Program-made: the position numbers and the translations under genes | Notes under the pieces: generated by a model | Databases searched by the model: none | The model's input: the letters and a program-made list of their open reading frames with translations, nothing else | What the model was told of the DNA's origin: nothing | Part shown: positions 1 through 8,401 of the stretch, in pieces | How positions within the stretch are numbered: position 1 is the stretch's first letter | Layout of the letters: each line of letters starts with the position of its first letter | Origin: Candidatus Heimdallarchaeota archaeon | Lineage (GTDB): Archaea > Asgardarchaeota > Heimdallarchaeia > JABLTI01 | Length of the DNA stretch: 24,000 bases | Reading direction: 5' to 3' | NCBI GenBank assembly: GCA_019056785.1 | Contig: DXJV01000025.1 | Coordinates: 58,207 to 82,206, forward strand

Positions 1-2292
1 CTTACCACCTGCAAGAACTGAAGAAAACCATCGATTTACATTTCGTAAAGCCTTTAGCTGGGTGCCGAATTTTTCTTTCCCATCGGTTCTGCCGGCTTTA
101 GTTCTAATTTGCTTTTCTAAGTTTTCAATTGCAGTTTTAATTTTAGCGAAATTTTTTAGCAAAACTTGAGAGGAGAAATTGAGCCATAAATACTCCATAA
201 CAAATGGTTTAGCAAGGAGGTCTTCCAAAATACCCTCAGCTTTTAATTCAGGAATCGTTACGTGCAACCGTTTTAGGGACGCTTTAGTTAATGAGGAAAG
301 TTTCTTTTGTTCGACGCTCTTAATGCGGCCGGCCGAAAAAGCCTCTGAAGCCAATTGAAATGGTGTGGGTAGAAGAGCCGAAAATTTGAGCTGTTGAGAA
401 AGGAATTTAACAGTTTTGCGAGAGAATAATTCGCGCGCATTTGGGCGCTTAGAAAGACGTGTAAGAATAGAAGTAAGAACATACAAACTTTGCAAATCGA
501 GAGCAATCTTTTGGATCATCTTACTCATAGTTGTTGGTAGCAGAGGAAACTTTTCAGGGCCAAAGATCTTTTGTAAAATTCGTCCAGTGGTTGCTTCTAG
601 AGAGGCACGGAAGGATTTGAAGAAGTAGGAGAGGTTTTCATAATTCTCAAAACGAGTTGTTGTTGCTTTTGCCTTCGCAGCACGTTTTAAAACCAACTTC
701 TTTGTATCAGCAGGTATTGTAAAGGCTAAGATATGCTCAAACTGCTGGATGCTTTTTTGCAGTAGCTCTTCTGGCTTATATTTCCGACCATAACTTGACT
801 TTGCCAAGCAATCAGTTAGAAGGGTATAAACAATGTCAGGAACCTTTCGGAATTGATAGGGATGGATGACTTGTTGAAGAAAATACAGGAGCATAAGGTC
901 TTGAATTGATGAAGACTTTTCTTGGATAACAGATGAATGAATTTGCCCCACAGAATTATACAGAATGACAGCCTCATCCAGTGTAGTCGAAAATTTCTCG
1001 AGCGTTTTTGTGCATTCTTTTTTAATGTACTGCTCGAGACTTTTAAGCTCAGGATTAGCAATTAGAATAAAAGGATGTTCTTTTTTAATGGACTCCACAA
1101 AACGATTGTAGGAAGAAAGAATGATCTCATTCTTTCGTTTTAGAAAATCATTTGGCGAGTATTTCACAGTAAATTGCTGGATAATGCCTGTCAATTTTTC
1201 AGAAATCCAGCTCTTGTCTGCCAATTCCTCCTTTAACACACGTGCCAGCGCCTTATTTACAACGGACTCTAGCTCTTTTTTATCAAAAACGGTTTCTTTT
1301 GACATGGCAACGAATTTCAAGGGAAATTTATTGAATAATTTCCGGTATAACTCCTGATTCATGTTGCTCAATAATTCTGGGACTTTTGTTTTAAGCTGTT
1401 CAAGTTTGGTGACCATAACCTTTTCGAACAAGAAACTTTCATTTATCAACTCAACATCAGGGATTTCGCCTTTTTCACGTCGAGAAAGCGCACGGGACGA
1501 ATCATTTAATTGTCTAATAATCTTAAGGATTTCGCCGGTAATTTCCTTCCGGGCAACAGATGATTTCTTTCGGAGAAAGTTGTCCAAAATTTTAATAATT
1601 TCACCAAAAGGATTTGGAGATTGAGCAAAAAGAAAGGGGAAAAACGCATCATCTTTAATCCCTTGAATGTAGAGATACTGGGCAAGTATAGTCAGCAATT
1701 CCTTATGGCTTAAATGGGCCAGGCGTTGTGAGACGAATTCATGGGACCATTCTTCAAAAGAACTCTGATCCTCCCAAATGCCCTCCAACACTTTAATGAG
1801 CTTGGGTTTCACGCTTTTTACTAACTGTTTCACTTTATCCGAATGCTTGCGGTAAAGCTGATTAGCAACGGCTGCAATTTGAGCATAAGCTTGATCAATT
1901 TTCGGTACCAAACCGATGGCCGTATACTCATTTTCAAAGGTAGTTACAATTACTCGCGCCAATTCAGTTGCGTACAGAGCAATAAAATCGAGACACTTAT
2001 CTTCCCCTTCAAAGCCTTTAATTGCTATTAAAATAATCGGGGAATGGTCTCCAACCCGGATTGCTTTAGAGGCCAAGATACCATTTTGGAAACGTGAAAG
2101 ATTCAATGTATCAATTGAAGCTGCTGCTTCAAGATTAGGTTCATCACTTGCTAAACCGATTTCTTGTGCAAAGTTTGCTAACGCACCACCGAGAGCACTA
2201 ACTAAAGAAGTATCTGTTTGAATGAATCCTAAAGAAAGGAAATCAGTATTATCTTCTCTACAAATGATGATTTGGGCGTCCAAGACAAACAC
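1..2292 (-). CDS. Giant uncharacterized protein, paralog A. N-terminus is inside the window and the C-terminus runs off the left edge (>=764 aa). Roadblock/LC7- or longin-like N-terminal alpha/beta domain followed by a long helical region.
   Basis: It is missing from the ORF track because its stop lies outside the window. My hand translation of the minus strand from GTG at 2292 is open to position 1; I re-checked 1-840 codon by codon, and the rest was read once. It is colinear with the 1037-aa protein at 5028..8141. Shared blocks (A/B): VSALGGALANFAQEIGLAS/VSALGGALSSFAVEIGLAD, DAFFPFLFAQSP/DAFFPLFFASSP, FPLKFVAMS/YPLKFLAAS, PYQFRKVPDIVYTL/KYQFRPVPDIFYTL, RFENYENLSYFFKSF/KFENIEALSFFSKVF. An alternative start is TTG at 2283, preceded by AGGTG at 6-nt spacing. 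Confidence refers to this being a real CDS; the domain call is weaker. Confidence 0.8.
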   Translation of the reverse strand, partial: MFVLDAQIIICREDNTDFLSLGFIQTDTSLVSALGGALANFAQEIGLASDEPNLEAAASIDTLNLSRFQNGILASKAIRVGDHSPIILIAIKGFEGEDKCLDFIALYATELARVIVTTFENEYTAIGLVPKIDQAYAQIAAVANQLYRKHSDKVKQLVKSVKPKLIKVLEGIWEDQSSFEEWSHEFVSQRLAHLSHKELLTILAQYLYIQGIKDDAFFPFLFAQSPNPFGEIIKILDNFLRKKSSVARKEITGEILKIIRQLNDSSRALSRREKGEIPDVELINESFLFEKVMVTKLEQLKTKVPELLSNMNQELYRKLFNKFPLKFVAMSKETVFDKKELESVVNKALARVLKEELADKSWISEKLTGIIQQFTVKYSPNDFLKRKNEIILSSYNRFVESIKKEHPFILIANPELKSLEQYIKKECTKTLEKFSTTLDEAVILYNSVGQIHSSVIQEKSSSIQDLMLLYFLQQVIHPYQFRKVPDIVYTLLTDCLAKSSYGRKYKPEELLQKSIQQFEHILAFTIPADTKKLVLKRAAKAKATTTRFENYENLSYFFKSFRASLEATTGRILQKIFGPEKFPLLPTTMSKMIQKIALDLQSLYVLTSILTRLSKRPNARELFSRKTVKFLSQQLKFSALLPTPFQLASEAFSAGRIKSVEQKKLSSLTKASLKRLHVTIPELKAEGILEDLLAKPFVMEYLWLNFSSQVLLKNFAKIKTAIENLEKQIRTKAGRTDGKEKFGTQLKALRNVNRWFSSVLAGGK

Positions 2293-2445
2293 CTAATTCT
2301 TCTTGAAAGTTAATTCTTAACTAGAACATCAATAGTAACCATCTCGAATGGGTTCTAAAGATTTTTTCTAGAGGCATGTTTTTTTTTGCTTTTTTATAGA
2401 AAAAGTAATGCTTTTAAAATACTTTGGAATACTAACAATTTTAAG

Positions 2446-2463
2446 TCAGAGACGGGGAGAAGG
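2446..2463 (+). promoter_or_regulatory. G-rich motif TCAGAGACGGGGAGAAGG upstream of the V4R-like gene (copy 1 of 2)
   Basis: It matches 12786-12804 (TCAGAGAGCGGGGAGAAGA) at 17 positions with one 1-nt indel, on the same strand. It lies about 20 nt upstream of an A/T-rich tract (TTTTTTTAATAATAG, about 2483-2497) and 71-128 nt before the possible starts. Confidence 0.35.
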
Positions 2464-2548
2464 TCAAATGCCTCTATCAAAGTTTTTTTAATAATAGATT
2501 CCTAAAGCTGGTTAAAAAGAAGATAGATTCTAATTGTACTTGAAGAGT

Positions 2549-3631
2549 ATGATTTTAAATAAGAAAAAGAATGAAAGGATGAATTCAATCATGGCATTTG
2601 ATATTATAAAAGAACAACGAATGATTCGTACACTGTTTTATTCTTTAATTCACTCGGCAAATTTTCTTGCAGATAGAGCCGACCAGAAACAGAAATTCAT
2701 CCAAGATATTGCTACATTTGTTCGAGAACGCTCCATGGTTGAAGATGATACGCGTGATAAATGTGAGCTTGTAAAAGAGACCTTGGAAATGTTCGGATGG
2801 AAAAGCACCAAAATTGATTATTTGGAAGGAGAGACAGAAGGACGCGTATTTCTAGGGAAAAATCGATATATCCCAAATGATTTAGCTGATTCGCAAGGAG
2901 CGTTAATTGTTCTCCAAGCATTTATCGAGGGGTTGTGTTTTCATTTAATAAAAGCACCAGTAGATGCTCGTGCTGAACTCTCACTTCGCACAGGAAGTTT
3001 CTATGAAATTACTTTCACGCGCAGCAGCAAAGAAGCAACCACTCCAACTTATGTGAAAAAGACACCTCACCTGGCTGAAGAGACAATTGACATGTCAATC
3101 CATGACAACCTAACCATTGAACAGCTTTTCTATCCCATCTTTACCCGTGAAATTCCAACTATGATACTTTTTGACGCTGCCTGGAAAGTCATTCGAGAAT
3201 CCTATGTGGCCAATGCCCTGGGGAGTGAACTCGCCGAACAAGAAGAACTAAAAAAACCGAGTATTAGAAACATTTCCATTATCATTAAAAAGCTAACTGA
3301 GAAAGCTCCTGAAGAAGAAATCTTGAACATGGCAGAAATCATAGGGGAATTTTTTGCCAAATTTTTAAAGACGAAGATTTCAGATGCACTTTATGACAAA
3401 CTGCAACCAACTTTAAAAGACAAGCATGCGACAAGCTACTTGGTGTATTACGATTGTAAACAATTCTGTAGTAATGATCGTTTTATTAACCGCTGCATAT
3501 TCATTCGGGGAATGTGGACCGGCATTTTGAGTGAAGTTTTAGGTTTTCCAATTCAAATAAAGGAAGTCTTCCATGCAGGAAAAAGAGATCGCTACTGTAT
3601 GATTGAATTTGAACCGGAAAAAAATGCATGA
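2549..3631 (+). CDS. Tandem V4R-like (4-vinyl reductase / Bet3-fold family) protein, function unknown
   Basis: The ORF track opens at TTG 2534; in-frame ATGs occur at 2549, 2579 and 2591, so the start is uncertain. The C-terminal half (YLVYYDCKQFCSNDRFINRCIFIRGMWTGILSEVLGFPIQIKEVFHAGKRDRYCMIEFE) matches my memory of the V4R pattern: conserved Cys, G-x-x-x-G, and a terminal C-x-F/I-E-F. The N-terminal half (LEMFGW..GRVFLGKNRY..LQAFIEGLCFHLIKAPVDARAEL..YEITFTR) looks like a second, Cys-poor copy. This is recognised by eye only. Confidence 0.5.
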   Translation: MILNKKKNERMNSIMAFDIIKEQRMIRTLFYSLIHSANFLADRADQKQKFIQDIATFVRERSMVEDDTRDKCELVKETLEMFGWKSTKIDYLEGETEGRVFLGKNRYIPNDLADSQGALIVLQAFIEGLCFHLIKAPVDARAELSLRTGSFYEITFTRSSKEATTPTYVKKTPHLAEETIDMSIHDNLTIEQLFYPIFTREIPTMILFDAAWKVIRESYVANALGSELAEQEELKKPSIRNISIIIKKLTEKAPEEEILNMAEIIGEFFAKFLKTKISDALYDKLQPTLKDKHATSYLVYYDCKQFCSNDRFINRCIFIRGMWTGILSEVLGFPIQIKEVFHAGKRDRYCMIEFEPEKNA

Positions 3632-3651
3632 AAGCGAATGATGAAGCTCTG

Positions 3652-4941
3652 TCACTTTTCAAGCTCATTTGCCATTTGTTGTCGAACTTTTGCTAAGACT
3701 TCAGTTATAGTTAAGCCTGTAGCATTGACAATGGTTTTTACATCTTCAAATTCTGGTTTGAAATGAGCTATTGCGCCTGTTTTTGTATAAGCGATCTTAC
3801 CTTTAAGAGCAAAATGTTTTCCATTAATAACAACCTGAAAATGCTTGATTTCTCTTGGAAGCATCAGCTTTGTTCCACGTAAGATGCGAACGCCTATCGT
3901 ACTTGTTTGATTCATAATTTCTGTTGCAAAACGTTCTATCTCCTCCTCTGCGCACAAAACAGAAACTTTTGTGGCGGGCCGTCCTTTCTTCATGAATAAG
4001 GGTGTAAGATAGACATCCTTTGCACCGAGTTCGAATAATCTTTCGGTTAAGAATCCAATAACTTCTCCGGAGCAATCGTCAAGGTTGGTTTCTATGATAG
4101 CAATCTCCTCTTTGGGGTAGCTTTGCTGCACCAATGAGCCGAGGAATAAACGCAAACTATTCGGGGTGTTTTCAAAAGTTTTTGTCCCGAAACCCGTTCC
4201 CACCTTTTCTAACTGAAAAATGGGTGGTGTGGTAATAAAAGTTGTTTCTAATATTTTTTGTAAAGCAGCAATAATGGCAATTCCTGTTGGAGTAGTTAAT
4301 TCTCCTGCTAGTGGCCCCATCATAACAGGGATAGAGAATTTGTGGGCTATTTCTGTTACAGCCGGCACTGGCACAGGTAAGGTCCCATGAGAGAAGGTAA
4401 TTGTTCCCGAACCCAAAGCAACTGGTAAAACAAAAAGAGTCACTGTAAAAAGCTCCAGACGATCTAAAAGAGTTGCAGCCCCCAATATATCTAGAAAAGT
4501 ATCCAGGGAACCCACTTCATGCAAGTGGGTTTTTTCTACGGGGATATTGTGGGCTGCTGCTTCAGCTTCAAAGAGAATGTGAAATGCTTTCTTACTGAAA
4601 TCTTTCGCTCGTTTTGATAACTGTTGTTGTTTTGTGTACTGGTCAATTATTGCCAGTGCATCAGAAAGCCGGAGGTGCCTTTTTGGTTCTTTAATATGAA
4701 TATGTAATTGAAGACCCTGATGAACAAATTGTTCTATTTGTTCGAGAGTGAGAGTAAATTCCGCCTTCCCCTCCAAACCCGCAGCTTTAACAACATTTGA
4801 AGCGACTAGTTGAAGTGCTTGCAACCTGTTTTTATTTGCCTGTTCTATAGAAAGGTCTGTAAAAAGAAGGTCCAGTAGTGCTGCTAAGAACTTGTCGCCT
4901 GAAATGCCCGTGTGTTGGGCATCAATAATTAATTGTCTCAT
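3652..4941 (-). CDS. larC: LarC-family (DUF111) nickel insertion protein
   Basis: 429-aa ORF. The N-terminus MRQLIIDAQHTGISGDKFLAALLDL matches the characteristic LarC/DUF111 GISGDM-LLgALLDLG opening, and the length is typical. GAGG lies 6 nt upstream of the ATG. Confidence 0.8.
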   Translation of the reverse strand: MRQLIIDAQHTGISGDKFLAALLDLLFTDLSIEQANKNRLQALQLVASNVVKAAGLEGKAEFTLTLEQIEQFVHQGLQLHIHIKEPKRHLRLSDALAIIDQYTKQQQLSKRAKDFSKKAFHILFEAEAAAHNIPVEKTHLHEVGSLDTFLDILGAATLLDRLELFTVTLFVLPVALGSGTITFSHGTLPVPVPAVTEIAHKFSIPVMMGPLAGELTTPTGIAIIAALQKILETTFITTPPIFQLEKVGTGFGTKTFENTPNSLRLFLGSLVQQSYPKEEIAIIETNLDDCSGEVIGFLTERLFELGAKDVYLTPLFMKKGRPATKVSVLCAEEEIERFATEIMNQTSTIGVRILRGTKLMLPREIKHFQVVINGKHFALKGKIAYTKTGAIAHFKPEFEDVKTIVNATGLTITEVLAKVRQQMANELEK

Positions 4942-5027
4942 ACTATCCCTCGAGTTTATTAGTAAATTATCAGTTAGACACTAAATAATAGTCTTTTTGC
5001 TATATGAAATAAAGATAGCCGTCTTTT

Positions 5028-8000
5028 TCAACTTTGGCTGATGGATTCTAAAATCAACTGCTCAAAGAAACGCCCCTTTGTATAGAAAAGGTCTGCCGCT
5101 TGTTGGCCAATATAGGATTCTACCAATCCGGCTAGAGAATCCAATGTTTTGAGAAAATTAGAACGCATATATTCTCGCAAACCTTCATACAGAAAGTTTC
5201 GAATTGTCTGTGACTGTTTTTGCCTGGGAGTGATTAGAGGAAGGAGGGAAGTCAAATTAAGGTTAAGTTCGGTTTTATCTTCTCCCTTTTTAGTGAGTTT
5301 GCAACAATGAGTTTTATCAAAATAAATAGCTAGAAGCTCAGCTGGGAAGGATATCGTAGCCAACGGAAGAAGAAAAGCATTTGCTCTTTGACTATATCTT
5401 ACAAAAAGATCATCTGAAAGTATAGCAAAGACTCGCGAGATAGCAGTTCGCACGGCATGATTGAACAAAACGAAAACTTCATCTTCAATTGTCTTGCGAA
5501 TGATAATTGTCTGTGCTGTTTTCTCGCCCTTAGTCGCTTCTTCCTGTAAATTCATAAGAATTTTTGCTTCAATAGAACCCTTTTGGACATCCTTTTTGAC
5601 CAGATCCCAAAGAAGCTTTTCATGTAATTTATCAAAAAATGCCGAATCACGAACCCATGTTGAGGCATAAACTTCTACAATACGCTGATATCCACCAAAA
5701 GTTGAAGTTAATTGCTTTTTATTTTGTGTAAATGTTGGTGAGTATGCTTTCAAGGAAAATCCGGGGAAGGATTTCTTAGAATAATACTGAATAATCTGTT
5801 TAAGTGGCTTTACTCGACCAAAAAGACGATGGAAAAAGTTCCCCCCAGTAATGAATCCTTTATAGACAGAACAAACAGTTTTTAACGCTTGTAACTTTTG
5901 CAGTTGTTTTTTCTTCGTTTTAATGCTCATTGCATTCTTTTTAATCTGCTCCTCGAATTTTTTCTTTTCTAAGAGGAGAAGGCGATATCGCTGTTTTAAT
6001 GTGGGTTCCAAAAATCTGAAAATTAATTCATTTATTACTATTGGTTCTTTGAGGAGTGCGCCAAGTTTCCCTTGATAAGATAATTCTGGGGCAACGACTT
6101 TAAGAGCGAGCAGCTGTTTCTTTGTCAATCCTTCTGGTTTGAATTCGCCCTGACTCTCTTTGGATTTACTTGTTTTTACCAGAAGAAGAAAACCATGCAA
6201 CAAAGCTTGTAAAGCAATTTCAGTTAACGAGGGGAGGAGAGTTTCAAATGAGAGAGTTTTGGTGAGAACCTTTTTTACGTCTGTCGTAAGGAGCGCTGCA
6301 AAACCCGGCTGATTTTTAAGCCCCTCAAATACCAGTGCTGTTCTATAAAGAGCAGTTGAATAAGTGATCATTTTTGACAAAGAATCATTGAGAGGTTTTG
6401 GTGCGCTTGGTTGTTTAATTGTACCGAAAAATTCCTCCAGCATTTTAACGATAGTGTCTTCCAAGGCATAGGAAAAAACTTTTGAAAAGAAGGAGAGCGC
6501 TTCAATGTTTTCAAATTTCTGTGTGGCTTTTATCCGCTTGATCCTCCGTAAAATTAGGGCACTTGTTTCAGAAGGAATCATTATGTTTGACTCTTTTTCA
6601 AAACTTTTAAACTGCCGCTCGATTAAGAGGAACACTGGATCTTGAGCTTTTTTTGTGGGTTTAACAATATTTGCAAGGATAGTTTTACAGAGAGTGTAAA
6701 AAATATCCGGCACAGGACGGAACTGATATTTCCTGATTAACTTTTGGAGGAAAAATAATTGAACGCATTTTGAAAAAGAGATTGATGGCAGTTGCTGGCT
6801 CTGCTCGTTAATTTGCCGGAGAATATACCATAAAGCCATTGCTTCATCATGAGCAGTTCGATATTGTTCGAAAGCTTCTCTCACAAGAGCAGAAACGAGT
6901 TTCTGGGTTTGGGTTAGATTTGAATCGACAAGTGCTATGAAAGGATATTTTTTCGGGAAAACTTCGAGAAACTTCTCTTTTACTTCGAGAATGATTTCAG
7001 CGGTGTTCTTCATTACCTCTTCAGGGGAATACTGGGAAGAGAGGTCTCGCAAGAGAAGAACTATTTGTTGTGAAAACGCATCCTTCTTTTCCAAACTGCT
7101 ACGCAAAAGTTGTTGGGCTGTAGCATTAAAATTCTCGCGAATAAAATCAATAGTAAGAGGTTTTGTTAAACTTGCTGCAAGAAATTTCAGGGGATATTTT
7201 TGAAAGAGTTTAAGGTAAATTGTAGTAAAGAGGTTTTCGAGAATTTTCCCTCGCGTTTTTTCAAACGAACCTCTTTTTATTACCGAAAGTTGCTCAAATA
7301 ATACATTGCTATTGAAAAAGCCCACCAGAGGAAAGCTACTCCTTTTCTTGGAATGACGACTTTCAGAAAATTGTTGCAACTGGGTAACAAGACGAGTAAT
7401 TTCTTCTGCAAGCTCCTTTCGTGACTGAGCGGACTTTTTCTGCAAAAACTCAAGAACGAATTTCTTTGTAGCAGTTAAATCTGGAGAAGACGCAAAAAAA
7501 AGCGGAAAAAAAGCATCATTACGCGTACCTTCTTGATAAAAAAGCTCGACAAATTTCTCGAGAAAGAAGGAGATTTTTGTGGGAGAAAAAGTGTCTTTTT
7601 GAATGCTCTTAAGAAATAAAGTTTTGTCTTGTTGTTTCTCCCAGAGTTCTTCGAGAAAAACGTTACACGAAGAAGCAATTAGCTGAGCGAACTCCTTCCA
7701 AGTGTTTGGTGAGCTTTTATAAAGTACATAAGCAACTGCAGGAACAACTTTTACCCCTTCTACGAATCTCGGAACCGCACCACGACTTTGATATACTTTT
7801 TCAAATTTAGTGAGAATAGCCTTAGCTAAAGCAGAGCCATATTCAAGGAGAAACATTTGATGATATGGTTCTAAATCGGGAAAGTCTCGAACAGCGATCA
7901 TAAGTAATGGATGATGTTCCCCAATTGTCAACCATTTTGAAATGAGAATGCCATTTTTAAACCGAGAAAAGTTTGCTTGGGTTGCTTCGCTATCAGCAAG

Positions 8001-8141
8001 ACCAATTTCTACGGCAAAACTGGATAAAGCCCCACCAAGTGCAGAAACCAGTGTAGCATCATTTTGAATGGACCCCATTGAGAAAAAACTCGTGCTGTCC
8101 TCTTGTGAGATAATTATTTGTGAGACCACTTCGACCAACAA
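5028..8141 (-). CDS. Giant uncharacterized protein, paralog B (1037 aa). Roadblock/LC7- or longin-like N-terminal domain followed by about 900 aa of mostly helical sequence.
   Basis: Uninterrupted 1037-codon ORF. GGAG lies 4 nt before TTG 8141 and 7 nt before TTG 8138. Residues 1-120 read as strand-strand-helix-strand-strand-helix (IIISQEDS / FFSMG / ATLVSALGGALSSFAVEIGL / SRFKNGILISKWL / LLMIAVRD / MFLLEYGSALAKAILTKF). That order is typical of Roadblock/MglB and longin platform domains. It is colinear with the partial CDS at 1..2292. I recognise no other domain. Confidence 0.85.
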   Translation of the reverse strand: MLVEVVSQIIISQEDSTSFFSMGSIQNDATLVSALGGALSSFAVEIGLADSEATQANFSRFKNGILISKWLTIGEHHPLLMIAVRDFPDLEPYHQMFLLEYGSALAKAILTKFEKVYQSRGAVPRFVEGVKVVPAVAYVLYKSSPNTWKEFAQLIASSCNVFLEELWEKQQDKTLFLKSIQKDTFSPTKISFFLEKFVELFYQEGTRNDAFFPLFFASSPDLTATKKFVLEFLQKKSAQSRKELAEEITRLVTQLQQFSESRHSKKRSSFPLVGFFNSNVLFEQLSVIKRGSFEKTRGKILENLFTTIYLKLFQKYPLKFLAASLTKPLTIDFIRENFNATAQQLLRSSLEKKDAFSQQIVLLLRDLSSQYSPEEVMKNTAEIILEVKEKFLEVFPKKYPFIALVDSNLTQTQKLVSALVREAFEQYRTAHDEAMALWYILRQINEQSQQLPSISFSKCVQLFFLQKLIRKYQFRPVPDIFYTLCKTILANIVKPTKKAQDPVFLLIERQFKSFEKESNIMIPSETSALILRRIKRIKATQKFENIEALSFFSKVFSYALEDTIVKMLEEFFGTIKQPSAPKPLNDSLSKMITYSTALYRTALVFEGLKNQPGFAALLTTDVKKVLTKTLSFETLLPSLTEIALQALLHGFLLLVKTSKSKESQGEFKPEGLTKKQLLALKVVAPELSYQGKLGALLKEPIVINELIFRFLEPTLKQRYRLLLLEKKKFEEQIKKNAMSIKTKKKQLQKLQALKTVCSVYKGFITGGNFFHRLFGRVKPLKQIIQYYSKKSFPGFSLKAYSPTFTQNKKQLTSTFGGYQRIVEVYASTWVRDSAFFDKLHEKLLWDLVKKDVQKGSIEAKILMNLQEEATKGEKTAQTIIIRKTIEDEVFVLFNHAVRTAISRVFAILSDDLFVRYSQRANAFLLPLATISFPAELLAIYFDKTHCCKLTKKGEDKTELNLNLTSLLPLITPRQKQSQTIRNFLYEGLREYMRSNFLKTLDSLAGLVESYIGQQAADLFYTKGRFFEQLILESISQS

Positions 8142-8401
8142 CCGACTCCTTCTTCAGCTCAAAAAAACCTTATAATTCATTTGTAGTTACTTCGTTTTTG
8201 TTAATTTCCTTCTTTGGCTGTTTTAATGTTTGTGATAGCGACATTTATGACGCATTTAAAAAGAGCTTCTTTCAATAACTATAAAGAAGTAAAAAAGGAA
8301 AAGAAAAATAAGAGAAAAAAATCATTTCCAAATCTAATTATATGAGAATAACTAACGATTCTATTGTAAGTAAATGAAACGCCTTTTGTGGTGAAAAAAA
8401 A

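Noticed and set aside
288-2221. Eight short ORF-track entries (60-101 aa, both strands) inside 1-2292
   Set aside because: One minus-strand frame is open across the whole interval and is homologous block by block to the 1037-aa protein. The short ORFs are low-complexity shadow frames with no ribosome-binding motifs.
2369-2476. 9-bp inverted repeat TAGAGGCAT / ATGCCTCTA with arms 90 bp apart, in the divergent region between paralog A and the V4R-like gene
   Set aside because: My rough expectation for a 9-bp inverted repeat somewhere in a 240-bp region is about 0.1. That is only marginal, there is no second copy, and the arms do not extend. It is noted but not called.
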